Shown one piece after another: positions 47,991 through 61,272 of a stretch of 64,000 nucleotides of DNA; position 1 is the stretch's first letter, and each line of letters starts with the position of its first letter. This DNA is from Hydrolagus affinis (Eukaryota), in the NCBI GenBank assembly GCA_012026655.1, contig JAAILG010000916.1:1-64000 (forward strand), in the 5' to 3' direction. The notes below the pieces were generated by a model. The model had not been told where the DNA came from. It worked only from the letters and a program-made list of their open reading frames with translations, and made no database searches. A program made the translations under genes and the position numbers.

Positions 47991-50718
47991 TTGTATATTC
48001 TGTGCTATTCTCAAAGATGTCAATTTAAGTGACAGAATAAAATGCATTAAACCAATTTTGTAATTGTAACTTCAGTCCTCTTGATTAGATGTTTCTTCCA
48101 CTCTGGAAGTGACATTGGGTATATATCCTACCATTTTCTCTTTATTAAAGGAAACTCGATCTTAACTGACTGCACATTTTAACATGAAAAATCAGCAATG
48201 TAATTAGTTAACAATTATGTTTTTTCCCTTTGAGTTTCCCCCAGGCCACCAAATTCCTTAATCAAATACTAGAATCTCCCTGATTTTACGTTTTATATTT
48301 CTTTTGGTTTTCATCTTTAAACACGTAATTCCTGTAATTTCACAAGTCTGTTTTGAGCTTCAATCGGTATCACTAAAAACCTTCTATGAATGCAAACATT
48401 TTATTTTTTTGACCACTTGGAAGCCAGACAATTGAAGTTTGGTGTCTTTGAAGCAACCGGGTCAACTTCCTGGTTTTGGGTTACAAAAAATACAAAATTA
48501 CATTTGTATAGCACCTTTCACGTTGGGAGGACGTCCCAAGACGCTGGTATGGATATGGAAAATGCGAAGCACACAACAAAATAACATTCATGATTGTTTA
48601 GGTGAATAACTGCCCAAATACCATTTATTAAAAAAAAACACTTGCTTAGTGCTTCTTGTAAAGAAATGTAGGGACATCAAGGTTAAAGTTTGTGCCACTA
48701 TATTCCCTGAAATTTTAGTTAGTAACCAACCATTTTAAGAAAAAAACAGTCCCTAATTGGTAAGGAAGTGAGTAGGTATGTTTTGGTGCAGAAAACTACA
48801 TAATGGATGGTAATATGGATGGTTCTTATTCTGCCTCTGAATTACGTTTCTGTTATTATGCTTCTTGTTTTACACAGCATACTCCACAAACCACATTTAT
48901 TCATATTCAAGTAAATTGATACAAAACTATAGTAAACATGTTGTATGAACTCTCAAGAAGTGGACAGGGTAGTTTAACCAGTGCAAAACAAACACTGATA
49001 TAAAGTGGATACATTTTTAATGTAAATTCTAGTCATCTTTACCATTTTAATGTTTTTGAAAAGGTCTGTAATATTTCACTTTGGACTTTCAATCCAGCAG
49101 ATGCAACTTTTATCTGGAGCATTTGACCACCCTGTATTCCTAGTGGACTGAGTGGCAAGTTCATTTACAATATGGATATTAGCTTCACACTTAGGGTAGT
49201 TGTCACTCATGGAATCAAGTCAGTAGCGTTTGGGTTCAGTAAAGTACAAGCACTGTTGATGGCATGGACTTGTGCTGATTGCAGATTTCAGGTGGGACGT
49301 TTTAATTGACCCAACAGAGTTTTCGAAATGCTTTTCAAAGTAGAAACGGAAGTTAGGCGTTTAGATGCATCTTTTAACGACTATTTAAGAAACAGAACTA
49401 ATGCAAATCTTTGAGTTGGTTGCCTACCCTCCTGCTCTGCATTATAATAAAGCTCTAAAAGGTAGGACCAAAGTATAGAGAGAAGAAATTTTATTATTAA
49501 GATAATCCACCATTAGGCAGTTGGATTTTTTTTGTCTCTCCTAAGCATTTAAAATTAGACAAAAAACCTTGGTGCTTGTTCAAAACTTCTTCTGCAAAAT
49601 AAACTTAAATTACTTATGTATGCGATTTATACTATAGCTACGTCTTAGCAGCAATATCCATTTTTTAATTGTCATTGATACAATTCTATTTAGTAAATGT
49701 ATCTGTCTATCGGATGGTGTGGTGGCAGAAAGCTTTGGTGCTGTTGCATGCTGTGCCAATCAGCCATGAGACATGAGTTTGTGTTTATAATCCCACACTA
49801 GGTGAGCCTTACTTACATGTGCTGCTCTTCAACATGTACACAAATACAAGCATACAATCAAATGAAGAATCATGCTGTGAAAAATATGACAGTAAACTCC
49901 AGAATTACCTCAGCTTTCCAAAGTCCAGAGTCATTCTCTGATCCCTTTATAAGTCGAATAAATCCTCATTTCAACCTCAATGCGAAAGGAATTTAGCACA
50001 ATTGCACTAAACCTCTGGTAATTTCTTCTTTGAATTTTTGTTCAGGTGCAGGATCTCTCAACCAGTATTCCAAGATCAGGAGGCAAGCAGATGTCTTGCT
50101 CCTCAATCTTTATTTAAAAAATCCATTATTTCATCTTAATTTAAAGAAATGATCATCGGGGGCTGTTTGACAAACAAAGCAAAGGCATAACGTTTAGCCA
50201 ATTTGCGATCCTAACCTAAACCTATTTTTAGCTACCCAGATTTGGTTGTAGAGATGGGTTTCCAACGAGTATCTTCTCAACATCCATTTTGTCCTTTGAA
50301 GTGAAAAGATGTCTTGCATTAATGAAATGTGCTGCTGGTGGTAGGGAAATATTTAGATTAACAGTTCAAGCCTGGATTTGGGACATCTCCAAAGTGCATG
50401 TAAACATCTATAATAGTATCACAATGAGCAGTACATAAGTTTTCCTTCAAACCGTTTATGTATACGGTGACTCTAATTTGGAAAACAGCTCATTGAAATA
50501 ATGAGACATTTTTGTAAAATCAAAAAGTCTTATGATGCAATACCTTTAAGAACTTGAATACTATAAATGTGGTTTGGAATTTCTTCCAGTTTTCTTCCAA
50601 ACTGGTTCATAGCTGGAGATGCTGTTGACTTTCTGTAGGTCAGATGTGCTTTTCTATAGTGGATCCCTTTTGATTGGTTTGTTGCTTTTTTGTTTCCTGG
50701 TTGCAATTATTTACACAG

Positions 50719-50739
50719 AACTATGTAGCATACATTTGG
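50719..50739 (+). CDS. KIF21A: KIF21A 21-nt microexon (E-LCSIHL), probably alternatively spliced
   Basis: ttacacag|AACTATGTAGCATACATTTGG|gtaagt; symmetric phase 1; same position as the 7-aa DLDSVPL segment of mammalian KIF21A (from memory). Confidence 0.82.
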
Positions 50740-51954
50740 GTAAGTATATTGTGGCTACTCAATTGCATGGTTACTAAACATGCTTGTATGCTAACCTCGC
50801 TGCATCTTTCATAACATCTACAAATGTGTAAAGTTTGCATGTAGCATTTTGTGGGATCTCAATGTAGATCTTCATCTTTCCATACTTACCATCATATTTT
50901 CACCACTTGAACCATTGAAAGACTTGTACATGTTAACAGCTGACAGATTGGCGTAGTTCAGTCACCCCCTGATCCCTTTATAAGTCAAATAAGCTATCAT
51001 CTCAATTCATTTCAAACACAACATAAAAGGAATGTAGTTCAATTTGCTCCAAATATCATTTGGGATGATGTTCACTAGAGAGATGGAGAGTAGAAGTTGG
51101 AATAAAATCACTCATCAAACCACTGGTGGACCACACTGGTGTAGGGTTTATGATGACGTACATTTGATTTAAATATAGAGTGTTTTGGAAGTAGCTATTT
51201 TCTAATAATACCCGCAACATATCAAGATATAATATAATCCTTGCATTTGGATGAGTGCATTTCACTCTTCTGAAGAATCTCTAACTAAATTTTATATCCA
51301 TGGCTCCCATGAGATTTTTTCAAACTTCAAAGAGAAGGAATCTCAAAAACATGAGATTCATATCAATATGTTTTCAATTTTTGTCAGAGGCAAGTTGCAG
51401 TCGTGTATAAAATACGGTTCTGATTTCTATTTTAAATTGTTTAATATTCATTCCTCCAGACATCTTTCCAGTTTCATGTACGTATGGGTGACAGCTTTTC
51501 TAAAATATGGGCAGATATCTGTGCATTTATAATGTCAGAGTTTAAAGTTGATAACTGCGTGTCAATTGATAATAAGAAATCTGTCATTTAGTTGTGCAGT
51601 AGTTTAAGATGTAACCAAGATTTCCCATATTGCTGCACTGCATGTCTAGTATTACTTGCAGCGTTTTCTTAAAAATGAACTAAATATTTCAATAAATGCA
51701 ATTGTTATTCAACATTCTCTGACATTAAATCCTTAGAATTTTCACATTAGTTTGTGTATTTACCTGTTTATCAACTGGTATTTTCTCTTGCCCAAATTAA
51801 ATGTGATTCCAGAACTAGACATTTTGTCTGTCAGCCTGGATCAGTTGGTCAAATAAAAACAACAAAATTATATTTGTATAGCGCCTTTCACGTCGGGAGG
51901 AGTTACCAAAGCGCAGAAACTCTCGTCTTAGAAACAAAAGGTTGTGGTTTCAAC

Positions 51955-52620
51955 AGCAACAAAATTACATTTGTCAAACGCCTTTCATGTTGAGTAGAAG
52001 TCCCAAAGTTCTGGATAAACAGTGTTTTGGACCCAAGCTGAGGGTAAGAAAGAGAGAGAGTGAAGGGCAATGGGAGAAGAAGGAGGCTGAAGGCCCACCT
52101 GCCAATTGTGGGGCAGGCGAGGCGGGGGGGACACAGCAGCCCGGAGCCTTCTGGGGGGAGGGAGCGAGCGGAAAGGTTGGTAGGGAGTGAGGAGTGAGGA
52201 ATTCACACAGGTAGGGGTGAGCAAGGCCATGGAGGGCTTCGAAGATGGGGACCGGGATCTTGAACTGTATCCTTTGTGTAATAGAAATCCAGTGGATACG
52301 GGTGAGGGTGATAGGCTCACCGAGCCTGTTACAGGGGAAGAGAAGGGCTGTAGACTTCTGGATGATCTACAGTGTATGGAGGGAGAAGTTGTGGAGCTGA
52401 TGGGAGCCAATTAGGAGGAGCTCGGTCTTGTTGACATTCAACTGTATAAAGTTAACTTTCATTCAGGACTTGAGGTCGGCCGGTCTGTCGGTTCAGCAGT
52501 GGCCCTGGAATTGAGGGTGGAGGCAGAGAGGTAGAGTTGTGTCACCCACATGCACGTGGAAGCTGACCCTATGCCAAAGGATGATGTCAGTAAGAGGCTG
52601 GAGATATTTTTTCTGGGGTT
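51955..52620 (-). mobile_element. L2 LINE 3' fragment
   Basis: Parallel to 18160-18980, with tail at 51955-52015. Confidence 0.8.
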
Positions 52621-55218
52621 GGGTGGTGGTGGGGAGTTAAGGGATATGAGGTAAAGGAGATGACAAACTGCCATACAGCAATCATGGGCAGCTTTATTTC
52701 CAATCCCGCAGCTCAATTTCCACTCCCGCAGCTCAATGCACTGCAGTGTGTCAGTAAAACCCTCTCGAGCTAAGGGAAGGTAAGCTGGCTCCTGCCACTA
52801 CCAGACAGTCAGCCATCCTGAACACCTGGTGGGGGAGGGAGAGTTTGTGTGAGTGGGGAGTGTGTGGGAGGAGAGAGAGTGTATGTGAGGTGGGGGGGGA
52901 GTGTGAGGACTGGGGAGAGAGTGTATGTGTGAGTTGGGAGAGTGTGTGTGTGTGAGGTGGGGGAAGAGTGTGTGTGTAGGGGAGAGAGTGTGGGAGAGTT
53001 CCCATCCCCAACTGGGGGGCTCAGCTGGCAGCACTTTGAGATGTATTTCCAACATGAAAAAATTGCTGGGTAAATGTTATGTTTCTGGAAAGGAAATACA
53101 AAAAATATTGCTTAGGCTGCCCGCAGGCATTTCTCAAACTGGGCAGCCAAACGGTTAGATCATCCTGGCCTGGGCTAAAGCTCCAATGCAGTGCTGGAGC
53201 TGTCCTGCATTGTAAGAGGTGACGTCCTTTGTCTGTCTGTTCTGATTTACAGACCACAAGATACTGTTCAAAAAGAGACGGGACTTTCTCCCAATGTCTT
53301 AGCCGACAATCTTCCAGAAGTCACTGGGAGCACTTTGTAGTTCACACAGCATCTAATCCCCCAGATTAATCCTCCAGATAAATTAGTCATTCACTTTGTG
53401 GTGCTTTGTGACACATCGCTAAGTATTTACTAATAAATACTTTACATGTTTTAACAGTGGTGCAATATCAAATGCAAGGATTATTATTTTCTGCTAATAG
53501 GGACTGTTTATGTACTTGTGTAACTGCTATGTGAGAATCTTAATGCACAGATTAAGCCTGATTCTCTATTAAAACAGTAAAATACCTTATTTACTTACAT
53601 TAATGAAGATAATTTATAGGAGTATTTAGCCTAGTGGAGCTCTCCCCAATAACCTAATTTCCCAGCTCTTTCCCCTCACTTAATATTTTGGTAATTAATT
53701 CCCTTCCTTTTATTATGGACTCTTAATTGTGGCAGCAAATTCTTTTTCCAGGTTTACAAATCCTCCAGAAAAGATGAGAAAAAATACAAAGACCATATAA
53801 ACAAACATAAATGTAGAAATGAAACAAGGCACTTCAGTAGGTCTCCAGCCCCCCAGAAATATCCAATTAATAAATTATAACAAATGTATAAAATGTATTT
53901 TCCAGCAAATAATTGTAACGACTTTTCAATATTGCGGAAATTTGGTAGCGCGATACATTTCTGCGGAAATTTTCTTGAAAACATTCCAATTTATATTTTT
54001 AGCTATCTGGACTCCAGTCTAGACTACTGATTTAACAGAAGCTTCTTAATAAAATGAACCACATTTAAACAGAAATCACAGAGATCCTTACCTGCATTAG
54101 CTTGTTGTTTTGAAAAGCAATTTGGAGTTTGAAACCTTTGTGTTGATCTCACACTGGATACTGGTAATGCAATATTCGGTGTGCCATGTCTGAAGTTTCT
54201 TTCTGTGTACCTGTCAAATACTACTTCATTTTTTATTTGAAATCTATTAAATAAAAATGTTTATTTGGAAAACTGAAATGATTAGTGCTCACTCAAAAAA
54301 ACTTGCTCAAAAGTGTTTTCAGGAGCTATGAACAGAGTTTAAGAGATTAGTAAAGTTTGGGGGTATAAACATAATCCAGTTAGTATAATTTTAGTCAATG
54401 AGTGACACAACCTATGTACCAATCCAAGCACCAAACCAGCACTGAGCAAAGTCTCTCTCATTCATCTCCTGGCCTTCTGTTTTGTTTAGTATGTGCAAGT
54501 TCCTTTTCCTGTCTTAGTTCTGGAAAATGACTCTGCATTATATCTAGGTGAGCAGGTTCATTGAATTTATCAACTGCCTGGAGCAAACAGGCAAGTCTGA
54601 TGTAAAATCCAATAAGTTTGAAATGTTTCCAATACTCGGCTACAAGTTTCAAAAGAGACTTGAAGCCTTGATGTATTTAAACAGATGGATTTAATGACAG
54701 TAAAACATAAGAAGGATGTCAACTGATCGGCATCCATACTACCCGCAGCTGCCAGCTGAAAACCTGACTACAAATCAAAAATGTTCACTTGATATAGATA
54801 AGTGAATAATCATGTTGTTTATCTTAGTTTTATGGTATATTTTGTTATCATGGCTTGCTTAATAAAGAATGTAAGAATTTACTAGGCGAAAGAAGACAAA
54901 GGTCCATCTAGCTTGTTTTTCACCAGTTGCTTGACATATTGTGTCCCGAACTACATACTGTATCCTGACATATTATTTCTAGCAGAAATCTGTCTTCAAA
55001 CAAACAACTCTTTAATATCTTCTGAAACTTCCTCAGGATTAATGGCTAATTATCTGTTACAAGTAACCATTGATCTCTAGATATTTTAACAAATGAAACA
55101 AATGACCTGGATATATATATGCTGTATTATCAATTAAGTTCATGGACATCTGAAATCTGTACAGCAGGCTGTGATACACACCGTAGTGATAACATTTGTG
55201 TTCTGTACTAATTTGTAG

Positions 55219-55276
55219 AAAATGGAGAAGAAAGCAGTGAAGAAGAAACTGCAACTAGCCCTGGAGGAGAAGGCAG
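55219..55276 (+). CDS. KIF21A: KIF21A exon 24 (ENGEESSEEETATSPGGEGS)
   Basis: Phase 1 to 2; matches EN.EDS..E...SPG.EGS. Confidence 0.88.
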
Positions 55277-55815
55277 GTAGGATACTGTACCAAACAATGG
55301 AATCTATTTTGTGTCAAACAGTGCATGTCTTTGTATTTTTGTAAAATGTTTGGTGGATTTAAATTGATGGGTTTGTGTGTGTGATAATAATCTTTGCAAT
55401 TGATCGATCACGTCTTCAAGACGTCTTCAAATCACTTCACAGGATATATTGTAAAGAATAGCAACTGTCTGTGGAATATAGGGTGAATGAAGACAAAATC
55501 TTCTGTTTTGCAACTTGGGCATAATCTTTTTCAACAAAGTAATTCAACCTCAACATCCTTTCTTCCTTTTTACCAGTTTGACTGGAATTGTTTTTAAATT
55601 GTTGATTTCAAATGTGCTTAAGTCTGTCTCTGCTTCTACTTTTTTTTAAAAAAACCTGATGAACTTTCTAGATGTTTTAAAATATCTAATACTGCTGTTT
55701 CAAGCTCGTTCTTGAATAATTGGAAAGATTGGCTTGATGAATTGACACTTGAGTGAATCATAGGTTTTTCTTGTGTTCCTCTGTATAATTTGATGTTTTT
55801 CTCCTGTATGGTTAG

Positions 55816-55870
55816 CTCACTGACATCTGATCTTATGAAGTTAACTGGCGATATCAAACCAAAGGATAAG
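55816..55870 (+). CDS. KIF21A: KIF21A exon 25 (SLTSDLMKLTGDIKPKDK)
   Basis: SDLMKL motif; AG/GT ends. Confidence 0.9.
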
Positions 55871-56189
55871 GTAGCTTGTTTTCTTTATTCCTTGTTAGGA
55901 TAGAAACATTAAAGGTAGAATGTGTTCATTTATGTCATGACTATTTTACACATACATAATGGTCCCTGAACATGGCCCACGGTCCTTAAATTGGCTGTCT
56001 CTGATCTAGGCTATCGGAATATATCTGGATACTGTGTCCTAAATTGCTCTGCTTGCTGGTATTCTGACATCATCTCGAATATAGTGAAACTTCTAAATGG
56101 TATTGGGGAAGGGGGAATATCACTATTCACATCAACAACAAAACTACATTTACAGAGTGCCTTTCACAATTTATAGTTATACCTATATT

Positions 56190-57556
56190 TAAATAGGAAA
56201 ATAGAACAAGCCCAGGGAACTGTAGACCTGACAGCTTAACATCAGTGGTGGGAAACACAATAGAATCCTTACTAAAAGAGGTAATAGAAAAAACATCTAG
56301 AAACCGAAAACATAATAAAGAATAGTCAGCTCAGATTTCAAATAGGAAGGTCGTGCTTGACAAGCCACATTGAATTCTTTGAAGGGGTAACAGAAAGAGT
56401 AGACAAGGATAATGCAGTAGATCTAATATATTTGGAATTCCACAAGGCGTTTGATAAGATACCGGCTAATGAATAAGGTCAGAGCATGTGGAGTCGGGAA
56501 AAGTAGCAGTGTAGATAGCAAGATGGCTGCAAGACAGAAAACAGAGTAAGCGTAAAGGGTAATTACTCAGACTGGAGGAGGGTGGAAGTGGTGTTCCACA
56601 CACAGAGCGGTATAGGGACCACTGTTGTTCACAATTTACATTAATGATTGGGATCGAAAGTACAATTTCTAAATGTACAGACAACACCAAATTGGGGGAT
56701 GTAATTAATACTGAGAAGGACTGCAACAAATTACAACATTAAACTTGCCGAGTGGGCATCTAAATCATCAAATTAATTTTAATATAGATGAGTGTGAAGT
56801 AGGAGGCATAAGGTGGTCCCATACTGCCTGGAAAATAAGAATCTAAAAGCGGTAGAAGAGAAAAGGGGTCTAGAAGTACAGATACACAAATCACTGTAAG
56901 TATCGACTCAGGTTAATAAAGGCCATTAAAAAGGAAACCAGGGATTGTGGTTCATTTCTAGAGTGATAGAAATGAGAAGCAGGGAAGTTATGCTGAACAT
57001 ATTTGAACCTTGGTTAGACCGCACTTGCTGCAGTTTTCTGGTCCCCACATTATAAAAAGGATAGAGAGGCACTGGAGAAGATGTAAAGATTTACAAGGAT
57101 CATACCGGAACTGCCAGGTTATACCCATCAGAGAAGGCTAAACAAGCTTGGACTCTTCTCTTGAAAAGAGAGGAGTGACCTAATAGAGGTCTTTAAAATT
57201 ATGAAAGGTTTTGTTAGAGTGGATATAGAGAAGATGTTTCCATTTGTGGGAGAAACCAAAACCAAGGCCATAAATCTAAAAATAGTCACCAATAAATCAA
57301 ACAGGGAAGTCCGAAGAAACTGCTTTACCCAGAAAGTGGTGGGAATGTGGAACTTGCTATCACAAGGAGTAGTTGAGGCAAAGAGCATAGATGCACGTAA
57401 GGAAAAGCTAGATAAGTACATGAGGTGAAAAAGGAATAGAAGGTTATGCTAATAGGCTTAGTTGAGGATGGCCAGACGGAGGCTCATGTGGAGCGTAAAG
57501 GCTGGCATGTACCATGCCTGTTTCTGTGCTGTGTATCCTATGTAGTTCTATGTACA
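56190..57556 (+). mobile_element. 5'-truncated, degenerate CR1 LINE
   Basis: RT remnants (VDLIYLEFHKAFDK-like at about 56415-56460), C-terminal RRNCFTQKVVGMWNLL, tail ctatgtagttctatgt. Confidence 0.88.
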
Positions 57557-57592
57557 TCTCCATCTCATTTATTTCTGCAAATTATTGTACAG

Positions 57593-57819
57593 GCACGACG
57601 GAGAACGACTACAAGAATGGAATTACTTTATGCTGATAGCGGTGATCCTGCCTCAGATACTGTTGCTGGAGACCCTGCCGGGCCTGTGCCACTTCCGCCT
57701 GTTGCAGAGGTGCAAGAGAATGAAAAGGACTCTGTGACTACTTTGCAGGGTGACACTGCTTCAGCTAGGGAAATTATGGCATCACCATCTGGCTTACCTC
57801 TTAGATTGGGCAGTGGCAT
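57593..57819 (+). CDS. KIF21A: KIF21A exon 26 (ARRRTTTRMELLYADS...)
   Basis: ARRRTTT.MELLYADS motif; gtaagt donor in phase 2. Confidence 0.92.
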
Positions 57820-58439
57820 GTAAGTCTGGCTGCCTCCAACTAATACCTCTGCTTGTTGCATGTTGCTACATTGGTTTCCTCAGACTTTTTCTATTTAATC
57901 TCTTATTAAAAACGTGTCATGAATGTACAGTATTTAGCATAGGTGAATCTTTTGGGTAGCTTCCATACTTATTTACAATAGAAAAAATTATACAATACAC
58001 AGAAAGTTTGAGTATACAATAAATTATATTTAGAAACTTCAAAAAAAATTTGGTTAAAGAGGGTACTAAAGTATTTTACTTTTAGCATATTAACTGATTA
58101 TACGGTAATTTTATGATGATATGGCGTCTTTGTCCATTTTCCTATATTTGTGAAAGAAGTAAAGAAATTGCATAATGTAACTTTGTAAAGGACAGTTCAA
58201 CGCAAATACATCACATCTACAAAGATTAATAGGAAAACTACACTGCATTTGTCCATTGTTATATCTCTACTATTCAGCCTGTTATTGACCCCTTCTCAAA
58301 TTCTTCCTGATAAGCTTTTAGCTTGCACCAATCCATACCATTTACAATTGTGTTCCCGAACAGGTACATTGCCATCTGATTTGGGAAAAATTAATAATTC
58401 ATCTGGGAGCTTGTATATACACACACATTACTTTGCTAT

Positions 58440-58695
58440 ATAAGAAAATATGAATTTTATTCATTTTAGACTTTCGTCCTCTGGGTTATACTTGAACATT
58501 TTGAAGACCTATACCATGTCTTCATTGTTTCTCTAATGAAAGGTAGTTGAGTTCTAAGACTCATAATTCAGATCCTCTAACTTTTTTTTGGCACTCGTGT
58601 GAACTCTCTCTTGCCTTCAGTGTTGTTTGAAATATGGTTTCAAAACTGGACACAATATTTGAAATCTAGCCTCAAACATACTGCTTGATCAAGTG

Positions 58696-58732
<37 letters not shown>

Positions 58733-59500
58733 GTATTTAGAAAATATATTATATGCTACCTAAGTTCCCATCAACTCCTTTCTCTCTCCGATACCCTTTT
58801 ATTCCCTCCTGCCGTCATGTAAAGGTCTAGCTTCCTCTCGAATGTACAACAACAAGTTGCATTTATATAGCGTTCTCCACACCGGGCGGCATCTCAGAGC
58901 ACTTATCTACATTATCTGATTCAATCACCACTTTAGGCAGTGAGTTCCACAATCTCACTACTCTCAGCATGAAGTAGCTCTCCTCATTTTTTTGGGGATT
59001 CCCCTAGTTGCTGTATTGTATTTGTGTCCCTGGTTATTGGCTCCAAACAGTGGAAGCAGCTGTTTTATGTTTCCTTTTATAATTTTAACCATGTTTATTA
59101 GGTTCCCTCTTAATCATCTCAATTGAAAAAGGCCCAATCAATCCCGATAGCAGTAACCTGCCAGCCCTGGTATCATCCTCGTAAATCTACACTGTACTCT
59201 CTCCATTGCTGCTATATCCTTTCAAAAGTGTGCAGATTAGAATTGAATTCCAGACTCCAATTGTGGTCTAACTAAGGTTTTGCATGAATTCAACAGCACG
59301 TCCTCATGTTTATTTATGTTTGATCCCTTTGGATATGAAGCCCAAACCCTTTTGGCCTTTGTATAGCCTCACCTATTTGTGAAGCTACTTTTAGAGATTT
59401 ATGGAACTGAATCCCCAGATTCCTTTGTTCTTCCAGTCTTGGGTTCCTACAATCCAGACTATGGCCAGCTGCTTTATGTATCCTGCCTAAGTGTTTTTTT
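58440..59500 (-). mobile_element. Degenerate CR1 LINE fragments
   Basis: gagttccacaatctcactactct, atcctcgtaaatctacactgtac and ttgtggtctaactaaggtt parallel the CR1 copies at 30286-30810 and 56190-57556. Confidence 0.65.
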
Positions 59501-59801
59501 TACATTACTGAAGCAGTGACTGTCCAGCGCCTTGGGACGTCCTCCTGACATGAAATTTGCTATACAAGTGTAACAAGTAACAAAATTACATTTATAGAGC
59601 GTCCTTCACGTCGGGAGGACGTTCTAAGGTGCTTACCTCTTTGGATATAAATATTTTGGCATTCTTGTGAACTCTCTCTTGTCACCATATTTCACCATAC
59701 TTCAAACATTTGTTGTGTCTTCTGTAGGACTATAATAAATGTCACACCCTGTCCATCACAAAATAGCATATAGCAAGCTTTATTTGTGTTTTGCATTCAT
59801 T

Positions 59802-60150
59802 GTGGAGTCCTGTAGCTCAGTGGGTAGAGCACTTGCATCGCCAGCGACAGACCTGGGTTCCATTCCTGGCAGGGCAAAATGTTCGGCAGGTTTCCTTACT
59901 CCACATGCCTCTATTTACTTAGCAGTAAGAGGGAACCTGGATGTTAGTCAATTCGCGGATCGCTTTTCCAGGGATAATAATCCATCTAAAATAATAATAA
60001 TAATCTGGTCACTCAACTGTTGGTGTGACACTGCTGTATGCAATTGGCTGCCATAATTTGCCCACAAATATACAGTCAATTCACTTTACAGTTTATGTTC
60101 TGTGAAGCTCTTTGAGATGCCTAGAAGACGTGCAAAGCACTCTTATCAAA
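59802..60150 (+). mobile_element. Full-length SINE, long variant
   Basis: gtggagtcctgtagctcagtgggtagagcac head through the L2-type tail. Confidence 0.85.
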
Positions 60151-60153
60151 CAC

Positions 60154-60345
60154 AACTGTAAAGTGAATTGACTCTGTGTTTTCAGGGTGAAATGCGGCAG
60201 TCAATTGCGCACAGCAGTGTCCCACAATCAGTCGTGGATTGAAGTGACCAAATTCTTCTTCTTTGCTTTTTTGAAGGGCTTATTACCCCCCGCCCTGGAA
60301 AAGCGATCCACCCTCTCGGGTTCCTACTTACTGCTAGATCAACGG
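60154..60345 (-). mobile_element. SINE internal fragment, inverted relative to the adjacent copy
   Basis: Imperfect reverse complement of 59918-60092. Confidence 0.8.
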
Positions 60346-61152
60346 TGTTTTTTTTTGTGTGTGTGTGTGTGTGTGAAGAGCCTTGGGACATCCTCCCGAC
60401 ATGAAAGGCACTCTATAAATGTAGTTTTGTTGTTGTTGTGAAGCACTATATAAATGTAAATTTGTATTGTATCATTTGTACAGCAAATTAATATCCATTG
60501 TGCTGTAGCACTGTTGGATATCAACTTTTATTCTGTGTGAAGTAACATTACTTTCTTACTAAAGATTTGATTGCATGTTGCTTAGATTTGGTGGCGCTAA
60601 GAGCATGTTTTACTGTTAGGCGTGTAAAAGGGAGGCTTTTCTTATCAGCTTTGTGGCCATATGTATTCATTGATACATGGCCTTCAACAATCTGCCTTCA
60701 AACATGAACTTCAAGAAGCGTTTGAGAGGTAGAAGTTGATGGTGATGGGAATATAACAGATAGTATTTCAGTGTCTTTACAAAGCTGATTTATAGAATGC
60801 ATGTTTGGAAATAATCACTAATCCTGGAAGATCAAAACATGCAATTTATCCTGGAATCAAAACACAGGTAAACAATATCATGGTTCACAAAAATATTGAT
60901 GTGAAAATATAAGCACAAATTTGGAAGGCAGATGGGTGGCAGATACCCTTAAATGTAAACTAGCCGTATAGTTTTATGTACTTTGTTAATCTCAAATGTG
61001 CAGATTTTGGTCTTTTTGTAAAATAATGTTTATGGATAGCATAGCTCCATGCTTATTTCGGAAATTTTGCCCTTTGTTTTTCTATTAAAAATGCAGCTAT
61101 CATTTTAGGCATCCGGAAATGTATTTGTTTATCATAAGAATTTTTATTTTAG

Positions 61153-61272
61153 GTCCAGACCTCCTTCCATGGCAGAAAAGAAAATCCCTGACCCTTCACC
61201 ATTATCCAGAAGGAAAATGTATGACAGAGGGCCACTGATGGGGGAAAAATTGAAAATTAAAGAACAAAAACT
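61153..61272 (+). CDS. KIF21A: KIF21A exon 27 (SRPPSMAEKKIPDPSPLSRRKMYD...KEQK)
   Basis: EKKIP.PSP..RRK motif; phase 2 to 2. Confidence 0.92.

Noticed and set aside
47303-48063. 226-aa and 210-aa ORFs
   Set aside because: Frameshifted L2 ORF2 remnants.
50020-50150. Strong-looking acceptor (ttttgttcag|gtgcag) as an extra or poison exon
   Set aside because: No good donor and no KIF21 similarity; not supportable without RNA data.
52688-52740. Short tandem duplication tttcca.tcccgcagctcaat x2 as a CRISPR-like array
   Set aside because: Only two adjacent units without spacers in eukaryotic DNA; probably slippage within an unclassified repeat.
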